In this document: in pieces, positions 1 through 12,990 of the stretch
How positions within the stretch are numbered: position 1 is the stretch's first letter
Layout of the letters: every line of letters begins with the position of its first letter
Source of the DNA: Camelus ferus
Lineage: Eukaryota
Assembly: GCF_009834535.1 (NCBI RefSeq)
Contig: NC_045696.1
Coordinates: 80,912,001 to 80,976,000, forward strand
Length of the DNA stretch: 64,000 nt
Direction: 5' to 3'
Notes under the pieces: model-generated
Databases searched by the model: none
Seen by the model: the letters and a program-made list of their open reading frames with translations, nothing else
What the model was told of the DNA's origin: nothing
Translations under genes and position numbers: made by a program

Positions 1-955
1 TAAGTATTTATATTGTATACACCCCTCCTTTCCTCTGTTTTCTTATTTATCTTACCCCATATATGTTTCCTTTGGATACTTTATCTCTGGGGATTTTTTC
101 CTTTAACTGAATGAAATAGAGCATAAAATTACTTCTTTTAATATCTTTAGCTCCTTAGAACCCTACTCTTTTCACATGCTTAGAAGACTGCCTGGCCATG
201 GAATATTCCACCCTAGTATTCTGTAAGGCTTTGTTCCTTACACAGTCTACTCCTGCCCCTTCAGGTCTAGTATTTCAGCAGATGAAATTTTCTTTATTGT
301 TTCTTTTTCGTTTGTTTTCCCCATTACAGAGGAGTTACACCACTTACCAGTTTAACTCAGGCAATGACTTTGAACTCAACCCTAAGGGGAAAAAGTGACG
401 CTGCTCTACTGTGCCATCTATGGCACCATGAAGAAGAGCGTAGGGGTCCATGCTCACACTGGAAAAAGTTTATCTATCAGCAAGCCTGCCTTCTTCCTTG
501 CTTAGAAAGCCCCAGGTTCCCATGGGCACTGCTCCTTGGTATAGGAAGTCAGTGTTCATACTTGTCAATTAGAACACTTGGGGCCTGAGTTGCTAGAATG
601 CTCAATTAAAGGTGCCTTAAACACTGAGGATTTATTTATCTCATTTAATTAGGTAGTCAGAGAATTGGTAGGGTGATGTAGTAATTTCAAGGTTCTGCTT
701 TTCCCCTTAGAATTCAATATGGCTATACCTGTCTAGACATCACACCCCCATGCAACATCCATCCCAGAGCGGCTTTTCCTCTTTGTGTGTGTGTGTGTGC
801 AGTGCGTGCCTGTCTCTTCATTTCATCAGAGGAAGAAGGAAAGGCTCTTGTTCCCATATGAAGTTGTTCGTGGACTCGCAGTAGAACTCTGGGTGACCTG
901 CCACAGTGGAGGAGGAGGATGGCATTGGGGCTAAAATTGCCTTTGCTTCCTATGA

Positions 956-1108
<153 letters not shown>

Positions 1109-3928
1109 TAAACAGATGCTGATGTAATTTTTTAAATGTTTATTGCCTCTGAAATGCCTTTTCTATTTCAAAGCCTTTCATATACACATAACTTTTTCTT
1201 TAGAGTTTGACAAAAGGTAGAATATTTTAACTGTGTTCAAGTTCATCTGGTTCTGATTTTTTTCCTATTACTCTTGAATTGTAAATGTTTTCACCTAATT
1301 CACAGCATGGATTATATTAGCAACTTTATTTTTTTGTTTTTTAATCAGGTATATGGGCAGTTAAGTTATAGGCAAGAAATTGTAATAAAATTTCGTCATT
1401 GAATAATAAATGATGAGATCAAACATAGCATTTCATTTTATTCATTATTCTGTCATTTGAGCAAAAGACAAAGTCATCGGAGAATGGTTTCAGTCAGATG
1501 GTGTCAAGCTGATGCTGAAGGGTGATTAAGAATTGGTGATGTTCTGGCTCCAGTTTTGGGACAGTTCATGGTAATAGTGTGAAATTGACCCTGTAGATTC
1601 TCAGGTGAGCCTTGAGTTTGCTCTTTTTGTCATAAAAAGTAAATAACTGAAGCAGTGTATGCTCACAAATGTGGTGAGGAAACATTCTGGAGGCAGGAAT
1701 CGGTAAGGCCTTGTCAGTCACAGCAAGGTGACATGGTTGATGTGTTAGCATAGGTAGGAGGGGAGTCCAGGCTGGAAAGGCAGCTGGGATGTGGGGGCTT
1801 TGTGAGCCAAGCCAGTGGTCTGGGCTTAATGCAACACAGTGGTGAACTGCTGTGGGATGTGTGATGGATGAAGAGCAATCCAATCAAAATGGTACATGGG
1901 GAAGGTGCATCTGGAATTAAAAGGGAGTGGGACGAACCCAGAATCAGAGAGCCAAATTCTAGCTCACGTGAGTGTGAGGTGCCTAGGGGACATCTGAGTA
2001 AACTCCAGAAAGCTAGTATTGCCAGAGGCAGGCTTGGGAGGAGGAACCTGCAAGCCTGGCCCTCCACCTCACATGTTCACTGGCCTCTGTTTGTTCATTC
2101 CCCTCAGTGTACTATCCAGCTGCCTTTTGTATCACTGTTACGGCTTTTCTTTGTTTTTATGGCCCCTGAACTCTGGTGAGGTCCCAGTTGAACAGCACAG
2201 CCGAGTAAATGTTACTGCCTGAGAAGGTCCTTTGTTTCAATTTCATCTGCTTCCCGAAACTTACAGTTTTTAAATTGTGTGTGAAGATTTTTAAAATTTC
2301 CTAAGGAAATAGTAATACTATTAAATATTAATCTCTCAGTGGTACATTTAGCAGAATTGCTCTTCCTTAATCCAGCTACACCATATTATTATTTTGGTCA
2401 TAAATTTTTAATGCTCATATCATTCCAAATTGACATTTCATCGACTCATAAACACTGCTTCACATAAATAATTTAGTTTCTGAAAGCCACTAGCTTCACT
2501 GGGTTGAAAATAACACTTATTCTTGCATTAATCGGTCCTGGAGGTCCATGAGGTTGATTAAAATGAATTTTTTTTCTTCAGTGTGGTTGTGTTTGGATTT
2601 AGAGGGAGAAATTTAGTGCCTCTGCCTTATAGCCAACATATAGTCAAATATCTCTTAATAATTGTTTTTGGGGGGAAAATATAATATTTTGTTTCTCTGG
2701 TAACAACCAAGTTGGTATTTTCCTGTTGCATTGGCCTTCTGATGTGCAGTGTCATCATTTGACATAGTGTTGGCCAGCATTGAGAGGAAGCCTGTTTACA
2801 GCTCAAATCAGCATCCCAGGGTTTTTCACAGTTCTGCATTTACTGCACCAAGAGGTGAGATGAGTTGCATCATAGTTATGGTACCTATATCCCTGAACCG
2901 AATTTGTATATTTTAACTTTAGAATACGTAATATTGCTGATGAGACTTGCACCAAGAAGTTCTTCAAGTACAGAATCCTGGAGATCCGGGAGACTTACAG
3001 AACCTAGGTTCTCTGGGTCGGGGGTGGGGAGTAATGGGGAGGTTGTCGTCAGATTCATTTCATTCTGCCCTAGACCACTAGGCACATTCTAGAGCTGCAG
3101 TCAGTGACCAATAGGAGGGAAAGACGTCCAGCTTCATCAAGTGAGATGAATAATCTCATCTCTGCACAAGAAAAAAAAGAGAATCTTATCAAAATGGTGG
3201 GCTAGAAGGGCGTGGTTGGGGAGAGAAAGGATCTTCAACCTTCAGGACTGTTCTTTAAACAAAACTGGTTTTAAAAAAATGGTGCATGAGCATTTGTGCT
3301 CTTACATCCCAATGCTGCCTGCACTTAATTAAATGGTGGGGAAATTACTTCTTTTTATCTTTGACTTTTCATTTTCCCGGAATATTGCACCCTCCCTGGG
3401 AAAGTCCTTGACAGGTGATAAAATTAGTGGTTATCCTGCAGATGTTAAGCTAAGCTATCTTGAGCCAATGGACAAATCTGCCTACATTAGAAAATATTTG
3501 GACCACAGTGCTTTCAGCAATCAGAGAAAAAGCTGTCTCAGAAACAGTCTCTTGATTTCAACTCTAGAACAATTTTTATTTTTCATTTTCTTCATTTGCA
3601 TTTGTATGTGTAAAGGGCCTAAACATTCCTACTGCTTCTAGTATTCTGTCTGCTCTACTGGATTAAAAAATAATTAGAAGAGAGGATAGAACTTTTACCT
3701 TTTGAAACTCAGTTGTCGTGAAGTTTATTCTGTGGACTTCAGGTTAGTTGACTTCAGCAGAGATAAGAAACATGGCATCGAAGCCTAGAAACCCAGGAAA
3801 CAGTCAAGTCCAGGCCATCTGCTTTCCTACTTCCCCTATTAATACTTCTCTTCTAAGCAAAAAATAATTTCCCCTAGGGTCACTAAAAGACATTGGTAAA
3901 ACACTGGATGCCTCAAAAGTGCATTTTT

Positions 3929-4069
3929 AATTTTGTTTTATTTATAGATTTTTTTTTTTTCAGTAATTAGGTTTATTTGTTTATTTATGGAGGAGGTACT
4001 GGGGATTGAACCTAGGACCTGGTGCATGCTAAGCATGCACTCCACCACTATGAGCTATTCTCTGCCCCG
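3929..4069 (-). mobile_element. tRNA-Ala-derived SINE (camelid Vic-1-like)
   Basis: The reverse complement has a tRNA-like head (TAGCTCA..GTGG..GCATGCTTAGCATGCAC..GGTTCAATCCCCAGTACC) and an A-rich tail. TSD caaaagtgcattttt at 3914-3928 and 4070-4084. Confidence 0.85.
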
Positions 4070-6759
4070 CAAAAGTGCATTTTTTAAATTACAGAATTAA
4101 CATCAGAATGTTTAATTACAGAATTAACCCTTTTTTTTTTTCTAATTTGGCTTTCATTTTGCACAAATATTTCTCAATTTTGTATAAGTCTGCACTATAT
4201 GACCCAACAAATGCTCTCATTCCCAAGGGACGTATTTTGCTTTGCCCTTTATAATTTAAAGTTTATGGTAGTGGTGTAATACCTTGAGCAGAAGAAGAGG
4301 ACTTTATTGCTTTATTACCACAAAAATCTTGTCACTAATTAACTGCTTATTGTGGGTATCGATGTTAGTGAATAATTGTAAACCAGACTATATAAAAATG
4401 AACTTTTTATATTTAGTTACTTCCTTATTAGTCATCTCTACTTAAGCTGGAAAGACTTAAAGTGCATACCCTCTTTCTTTTAGAGTTAATCTATTTCAAT
4501 GGGAAAAGATACAGTATAGAAGAAAATGTCAGCTATTAGTAGATGGAGGATATACTATAATCCATTAGCATTAACATCTCCATTATTTCCAAAATCCATT
4601 AGTTATACAGGTAGATGGAAAATTGTGAGATTCAGACCAGTTCCTAATATGCGACTACTGTCCTTCATGGGTAATAATCTCATAAGCCTAAGAAGCAGAA
4701 TTTCATCCATTTAAAACAAATGAACCATGATGAAAGATGTAAGGTGTAATGCTCTATAATTTAGGTTAAAATTTAGGGTTTTAAACTTTATATTGTATCA
4801 TTCAATGGGAAGCTATTTTTTTGTAACTGTTATTTAGTGCTGAATCTTAAAATACTCAGAGTGAAGTGGATCTGAATGATGGAGGCAAAAAAATAAAATA
4901 ATGTTCTGGTTTTCATTTAGAGCACTCACTGGCCATATCATTAGAAATTAATCTGCCCACTTCCTGCCTGCACTTTTACTTCCTATTTCTTTAATCAAGT
5001 CTGTATTTATGTACTTGATTATAATAATAGTTGTGTGCAATATAATAAATAATAAGCCACTTCCAAAAGTCAGCTGTTAACCAGAGAAATAAAATACATG
5101 CTTTAATCCAGTTTTTTCAGAGCTAGAATGGTCTTCTCCCAGTACTCATTTAATTTTCTTAATGCAGCCCAGAATGTAAATCTAGTGTGTCCCTTCAAAA
5201 CTGTATACACTTTTCAGATATTACTAACACCAAGTAAGATAGAGTTAGTATTTTGAAGTGATGAATTATTATAAGAATTTAGGGACCAAAATATTCTTCC
5301 CAATATTGGGAGAGAAACATGGGGGAATTGTATGTATATTTGACTTATTCCAAGGTTTTCTATCTTACAACCTTAAAATATTAACTCATATGTTACTTCA
5401 CATTTTTATAGCATTGCCAAAAACCCAGTTCTTATAAATTTGGTATCTTATAAATCTAATTACCATGGATTAAACTTAAACTGTAACTAAATTATTCTTT
5501 GTCACTGTAGTTTATTAGATATGCCTGTATATCTAATACTCTAGAAAGTACTACAGGAAACTTCTTGCTTAAATCTCCAAGATACTAAATGCCTAAGTGT
5601 AGCTATAGTATCTAATATGTATATAATGTATTTCCAAATAATTTCAGAGCTGCTGGGAATAGGAAATGCAAATTAAGATGTTGCAAACAGCACAGCAATA
5701 CTGAAGATGCAAACCTAAAAAGCGAAAAAAAAAAAAAAAAAAGACAAGAAGTCGGGATAAATAACATAGTGTTTCCTGGAGATATTGGTGGGAGAACTGT
5801 ATGAGAGGACAGAGAGAAGGGAAGGGACGTTAAGGTGTGGGGCAATTTATCATAGGCTAAAACTCTGCCACCACCCAGAACTAGGAGAGAAAATACTAGT
5901 ACTTTTCTGTACTACCAGCTGTTGGACATTATGTTTTTGATGGTTAATATTAATAATAAATGTTATTTGTACAGCATGTTAATGTTTACCAGGCATTTTT
6001 TTATTTAATTTGACCTTCACCATGTCCTTGTCTATTTCCTTTTAGACCCAAGGTCTAAGGATGGATCAATGTTAATTTGTGTGCTGCTGCTAAAACTCAG
6101 GGAGTTTTTAATGTTAGAGAAGCAGACTTCTGAAGAAGTCATTTCAGTTGTGAAACAGACATTGATGATTTAATTATGGGTGAAGAGTGTGAACCAACAC
6201 ATTCTCCTCTGAAGATTAAGAAATGTTTTTTTCCACTAAAATAAATTTTAGTAAAGAAAAATTCTGTGGAAATACTCCCAGAAATATTTAAGGCATGTGT
6301 AGCCTAATTTATTGCATTGGAGTTTTTAAAACCCGGTGTTTTCAACTAATTTTGGTATAATAAAAACAAAAAACCCTAATCCTGTAACACGAAATCAGGT
6401 CCAAATTTTTCCTCAATGTCAAGTGTTTGGAGACGTTCAAAGGTGTAAGACTATCTGATATCAGACCCTTTTAGTATTTGAGGCTGCAATTTCAACTTTC
6501 TGGCTGTAATTAGTCCCATATGGATTCTCAGGATTACAAGTCAAAGAATAGAAAGGAGATACATTTTTTTTTATATTTGTGTCTTAATATACACTTATAT
6601 ATCACCTCCTTGTATTGTATTTTTCATTAAAAATTGTGTTATACTTGTTTATAGAGGAAAGTTTTAGAAAGTACAATGCCCAGAAAGGAAGAAGAAAAAG
6701 AAAAATCATAACCTACCTCTAAAAATTCTTATTACTCCCTATGTTTTCTTCTGTAACAG

Positions 6760-6870
6760 CAACAGGGGGTGAGGATCTTCGTTATGCTCTACAAAGAGGT
6801 GGAACTTGCTCTTGGAATCAACAGTGAATACAGCAAGAGGATTTTGATGCATCTACACCCCAACATAAAG
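6760..6870 (+). CDS. PLD1: PLD1 coding exon (111 nt): [37 protein letters not shown]
   Basis: Acceptor ctgtaacag|CAA and donor AAG|gtattc. 37 codons, phase 0 to 0. Confidence 0.96.
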
Positions 6871-7459
6871 GTATTCGGGTCATCTTGCTCAACAGGGTTT
6901 GTTCTTTGTTATTCTGTTGATTTTCAGATATGTCTTGCTTGAAGCAGTGGTAATCTGTAGAATTCCCTAATGTATATTTTGAATAAACAGTATTGTGAAC
7001 TTCTCAGAAATAAAACAAATGACTATACTTTCTTATACTTCTGATATTGATGGAGTCAGCAGAGTTCTCATTTCTGCTTCTTTTACCCTGATAATTCAGC
7101 CAAGAACATTCTTCCTACAGCTGTTTTAATATTCAAGAGCCCTGTCAAGTTTCCATACTCCTTGTTAAGATTATCTTGGAACCTCTTAGATGTGATCTCC
7201 CCAGGACATCACTTGAACATTGATAGCAACAAAGAGAGCTCTTCTAGGATTTAAAGTGCTTTTCTTAATAGCACTTTGTATAAAGTACTAATATAGTAAA
7301 TTAAAATGATAAACAATTTGAAAAAAGCTATTTGATACTTTACCGAACATCTGAAGCCTATCAGTAAATATTGCTCAATAACTGAGGTACATCAAGACAA
7401 TGAATTAGTAAATCTCCAGCAGGCTTAAAATATATGACAATTACATATTTCTCTTGGTT

Positions 7460-8150
7460 AAAAAAAGATATTCCACATAGATAGTAACAGAAAGAGAACA
7501 GGAATGGCTATACAAATATTGGACAAAAGAGACTTTAAATGAAAAAAGTTTATAATAGACAAAGATTAAATGTTAATAAAAAGTGTAATGCAGCAAGAAA
7601 GAAAATATAGCAGTTACAAACAATTATATATGTAATAATGACCATCCAAATATATAAAGGAAACACTGACAGAATTGAAGGGTGAAATAAAACAGTTCTA
7701 TAGTAATAGTTGGACACTCTACTGTCACACTCTCAGTAATGGATTGGTGTATACATACAGTGGAATATGATTCAGTCTTAAAAAGGAAGGAAATTCTGAC
7801 ATATGATAAAACCTAAATGAACCTTGAAGACATTATTCTAAGTGAAATAAGTCATAAAAAGACAAATATTGTATGATTCCATTTATATGAGATACCTAGA
7901 GTAGTCAAATTCATGGACACAGAAAATAGATGGTGTTTGCCAGGGTTTGGGGGGAGGAGGGAATGGGGAGTTGAGTGGGTACAGAATTTCACTTTCACAA
8001 AATGAAAAGTTCTGGAGATGGATAGTGGTGATGGTTGCACAATATGAACGTACTTAATACCACTGAGTTGTATACTTAAAAATGATTACTATGGTAAATT
8101 TTATGTTCTGTGTATTTTACCACTATTTTAAAAAACATGTTATTAAAAAA
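7460..8150 (+). mobile_element. Old L1 (L1M-type) fragment: ORF2 5' piece joined to a 3' end
   Basis: aaaagatattccac..gactttaa resembles ORF2 endonuclease sequence. It is followed by typical L1MB-like 3' motifs (tggaatat..tcag..aaaaggaaggaaattctg; atgaaccttgaagacatt). Confidence 0.75.
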
Positions 8151-8152
8151 TG

Positions 8153-8385
8153 AAGTAGCCTCGAAAGTTTTTGGAATGCTTCTACTTTAAAGACATACAA
8201 AAATAGACTAGGCCAGTCTGGAGTCATTTAGAGAGAATTCTATTTGAAAGCAGGAGGTTAATAACTTCTCAAAGTACCTTTAAATAAATCAAGAGCTGTG
8301 AAAACGTCTGTATCCCTATATCCAAATGGTTACTACTTCAACTCAATGACTGCCAAAATATCAATATATTTATTAAAATTTTTGT
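8153..8385 (+). repeat. Diverged direct repeat, copy 1
   Basis: Colinear with 9335-9560. Identical 36-bp core at 8244-8279. Confidence 0.85.
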
Positions 8386-8721
8386 CACGGATAGATGTTT
8401 GTTGAAAAGTTATAGTGTTTTAAAAATAATACCACATATAACGTAATCCTTTTGGGGGGAAAGAGAATCTGCTATTCCACTGAGCTGACTTTTATTAAAA
8501 TATGTGGCCAGACTTCAAGTTAAATGGCAGCTGTCCCCAGATGTGGGAAGGTCCTGGATGGGCAGAAGAGTCTTTAAAAGTAATGAGGGTTCCTCCTCTG
8601 CTAAATACTAGGGATAAAATTAAAAGTTTGGAGATTTTCTTTAATGTTTAGAAAGCACATTTGAGTTTTCGAACTGTAGAAAATGCTATTCAGGGGAGTA
8701 AACAGACCTATTTTATTATGA

Positions 8722-9033
<312 letters not shown>

Positions 9034-9334
9034 TGATTGATTGATTGATGGGTTGACTGAGAGCTGGCATATCCCTGGAAGGGCAGAGAACATTGAGTCC
9101 AACATAGACTGGTTTCAAATACCACTGAGTGAGTCTGTACCTGTACATCTGTTTGTCTTAGTTTCATCTCCGGTAAGAATTAAAAACAGATTCAGCAGAG
9201 CATTTGCTATCTCATGGTCAGCTCTTTTGTTTTCTATTGAAATTAAAGATGTATTTCCTCCTTGGGGGAAAAAAGTTCATAAACAAAAATACATGGCAAA
9301 ATTGGACTTGAAGTTAAATAAGCAAACTTATTAC

Positions 9335-9560
9335 AAGTAGCTGCCACAGTTTTTGGAGTCTTCCTTCTTACAGACATACAAACATAAGACAGTTCAGTCT
9401 GAACTCATTTAGGGAATTCTGTTGAAAGCAGGAGGTTAATAACTTCTCAAAGTACCTGTCAAATCAAGAGCTGCCGAAATAGCTACGTGCCTATATTCAT
9501 ATGCTTATTATTTCAACTCAGATGGTTGCCAGAATGTCAATACACTCATTAAAAATTTTG
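9335..9560 (+). repeat. Diverged direct repeat, copy 2
   Basis: Colinear with 8153-8385. Identical 36-bp core at 9422-9457. Confidence 0.85.
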
Positions 9561-10017
9561 ATGGGCTCCATCTTATTTTACTGCTGAATGTGTTGGTGAC
9601 TATTCTGGGAAAATAGAGACTTAGTGAAAAGGTAACAAGGAAAATAATTGACAGAAAAAGTATCGCTTACTTCATGTTTATCAGAGGAATAAGCTCAGTA
9701 ACTCAACAGGGAATAGAACTCATGGAATTGTATTGGAGACAAAAAAGGTTAATTGGCATGAAATTTCAGGAATGTGGCCCAGGGGAAGAAGAACTGTAAT
9801 GGACTGCCTGGTATTCCTTTGGAGTATTTAAACAGCTCATAAGAATCACCCACTGCCCTGTGGCTGACCTCACACGTTCTTGGGTGTCTGTTGGGGACCC
9901 TTCATCATGTGTAAGCTTTATATATCAGCTCAGCTGGAATTAAAGGACCACATTGCACAGTATCTTATGCAGTTTCTTTTCTTTTCTTTCTTTTCTTTTT
10001 TTTAATAATTTTCTCAG

Positions 10018-10231
10018 GCTGAAACAACAGAGTCTATGGAATCCTTAAGCCACAAAGATAAAAACGAATCTAATAAAAGTCCGCCCGTCCTGAAGAATGT
10101 TGATGATAGGGACTCAAAACTGAAAGGAATAGGAAAGCCGGGAAAATTCTCCAAGTTCAGCCTGTACCGGCAGCTGCACAGGCACCACCTGCACAACGTG
10201 GACAGCATCAGCAGCATTGACAGCGCCTCCA
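10018..10231 (+). CDS. PLD1: PLD1 coding exon (214 nt), PLD1-specific loop: [10 protein letters not shown]...[29 protein letters not shown]
   Basis: Long polypyrimidine tract, acceptor ctcag|GCT and donor A|gtaagt. Phase 0 to 1. Confidence 0.96.
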
Positions 10232-10813
10232 GTAAGTCTCTGCTGGAACTGATCTCTGCTACGCTCTGTTCCTCCAGGGCCAGACCCTGTGTGCCTGTTT
10301 TCAGAATCTGTCCTGTACAGTGGACACTGAACAATGAGCAGTACTGAAAGGTCACTATATCATCCTCTTCGGTCTCGTGCCATGTCAGGGCTTTGTTTGA
10401 CTCCTTTTAGAACAGATTTCTTGTCTTTTTCGCCTAAGTAGTGATAACAACCACGATTCAGGCTTCCAGTGGTAGCAGGCTACCTAAGCATTTCTAAAAC
10501 AAGGCCAAGGTGTGAAGGAAAAAGAAAAGTATTAGGGGCACATTGTAAGCTTTTCACAAAAGAAATTTCATTTCTCTTCCTGTCCAGAAGTACATCCAGC
10601 TTTTATCCTCAAACATCAGATTTTCTACATTTTGTAAATTCACTGTACTTTTCAAATGTGTCTTAAAGCTCTGCAGTTCTCTGCTGCACAGAATCTGTGA
10701 CTGATTTTATAGCCTTGTCTAGTTTTTAAAATGATGGAACCTGCTTCCCAGTTTAGGAAGCATGGCATATTTATGTATTCCTTTGTAAAAAAAGAACTCT
10801 CAACTTTCTCCAG

Positions 10814-10927
10814 GTTATTGTAATCACTGTAGGAGCCGTCAGAATTTAATCCATGGTTTAAAACCTCACTTGAGACTCTTTCGCTCTTCCAGTGAGTCTG
10901 AGCAGGGGCTCACTGGACCTAACACGG
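10814..10927 (+). CDS. PLD1: PLD1a-specific 114-nt cassette exon (38 aa, skipped in PLD1b)
   Basis: Acceptor ctccag|GT and donor G|gtaagt, symmetric phase 1/1. Translates (S)[37 protein letters not shown]. Skipping gives the junction codon AAC (Asn). Confidence 0.95.
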
Positions 10928-12339
10928 GTAAGTGATGTGCGCAGCGCCAGAACCGCCCGAGGCTTCCGCTTGTGCTGCATGAGCAGAGCGCGTGTGTTTC
11001 TGGATTGGCTTTCTGTTCGCACAGTTTTCACGCCACGTACATATTAGAAATGGTCATCGGATAAGCTTCTGTAAGACCTAGGTTCTCAATAAATTAATCA
11101 GGGCCAAAATATGGTGGCGAGAATGAAGAGGAATTCAGATCAGATAAAGGGACAAGTAATTATCATGATAAATAGCAGCCGTAGTAAAATTGTAAGCTAG
11201 TGTTAATTGTGTGCAGATGCTGCCCCTCCCTGCCCTAGGCACTTGTGGTGTTGGTAGTAATAGGGTTATCTCCTCTTTGCAGATGGAGAAACTCAGGGTT
11301 AGAGATGATAAGGGACTTGCCCAGCGAAGTTCCAGTTTGTCAGCTTCCCAGAGATCATGATTCAGACTTGTGATTTAGCAGAAATGCAGATGACTACCTC
11401 AGGACCTTTTGACGAAATTCTCAAGCCCACGGTTCTACGTACTGTTTATGAGATGACTGAGAGAGAGCCCAGCTAGCACGGCTGGATGGGAGTGAGTTGT
11501 GGCTGTCAGGAGCTAACAACCCTGATATATTATGCTCTACCTTAAGCAGTGGTTCCCAGCATTCCTCAGTCTGGGGACACTGCAAGTTTTAAATTGATTA
11601 ACTAAATATAGTGAACTAAAGATCCAGTGTAACTGTTAAATACAACCACATATGTAAATCACAAAAACATTGATACACATTAAAATAGGGAGAAGAAGGT
11701 ATATGGAGAGACATTTTATCTATTTAGCCTTACAGCTGGTACCTGATGCCTGTGTGGATTCAGGGATAGCTCACAGTAAATTCCTGTGCTCCACAGAGCT
11801 TCATAGCCCTGAGACAGGGAACTGGGAAGTCCAGAGAGGCCAGGCCACAGGCAAATGCAGGGGCAGACATTAAAGGGTTGCAAACAGGGCCAGGTATTGC
11901 TTTGTAATTCTGGTGTGCGGCTTTGCTGCATTAGGACTGAAGTTAAAGATGAGTTGGAGGAATGAGGTTGCCAGAACATGAAGCTGAGGGGGCAGAGTGT
12001 TAGTCTTGCTGAAAACAGGACTGGGAACAAGTGGGAAAGAAGATGCAAGTTAGGTACAGAATACATTAAGCGATTCAGGCCAGGGGCAGGCCAAGAGGGG
12101 TGATTCCCCCAGTGGTGATTTGAGGACAGCAATGTGGGTGGTTTGCAGGTGTTGATGGAAACCCTCATCCCTGCACTGGATGTGTTTTCTATTGATAGAG
12201 AGAGAAAGAGAAAGAAAAGTAAACAATCTAAATATCCAATTGTAGGAGATGGTGAGGAACACAATGAGCAGTTCATCCCCTTGATGGAATTGCACAATCA
12301 TTAAAAACAGTAAGTGCAAGTACAGAAATAAATGTGTAT

Positions 12340-12990
12340 GATTTGTTTGTTAGTTAAATAGGTACTTACTGAGCTCCTGTAATATGCTAATCTCTGTTCT
12401 AGGTACCAGGGATGGAGTGAACAACACAAAGTTCAGTTAACTAGTTGGAGAGTAAGGATGGAAACTGTATATACAAATAGATCATCAAACACAGTGTAAC
12501 AGGTAGTGAGAATTATCATGGAGAACAATAGTACGGGGGAGTGGGGGAAGGGTAGGGGGAGGAGCTACTGTTTTGTATAGGATGGGGTCAGAGAATGCTT
12601 TTCCAATGAGGGGAGTTTTCCACAGAGATCAAAAGGAAGAGAAGAATGAGTTAAGGGCATATCTGGGGTGGGGAGAGAATTCCGCCAGGAGGAGTAGCAA
12701 GTGTAAAGGCTTGGGGGGAGGAGGTTGGTGTGTTCCAGGAGTGTGGCCTAGGTGGGGGGCTGGGGGAGAATGAGAGGAGCACGGCTGGGGAGGGTGGGGT
12801 AGATACAGAATTGTGGTTTATACTTTGAGTGAAAAAGGAAGTCATCAAAAGGTCTTGAGCAGAGAACAGACAAGGTCTGACTTACATTTTCTTCAGAGCA
12901 GACCCTGGTGGCAAGTAGTGACCAGACAAGTACTGAATACATTTATTGGGTGGGGCTGGCAGCATTTGCTGATACAGTGGATATGGGATG
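12340..12990 (-). mobile_element. L2 remnant
   Basis: acttactgagctcctg..ctgttctaggtaccaggga..., ggagtagcaagtgtaaaggc and gtctgacttacatttt are typical antisense L2 3' motifs. Confidence 0.65.

Noticed and set aside
11716..12297. Longest minus-strand ORF (193 aa)
   Set aside because: No recognisable domain, low-complexity Ser/Leu/Pro composition and no splice or promoter support. Compatible with chance.
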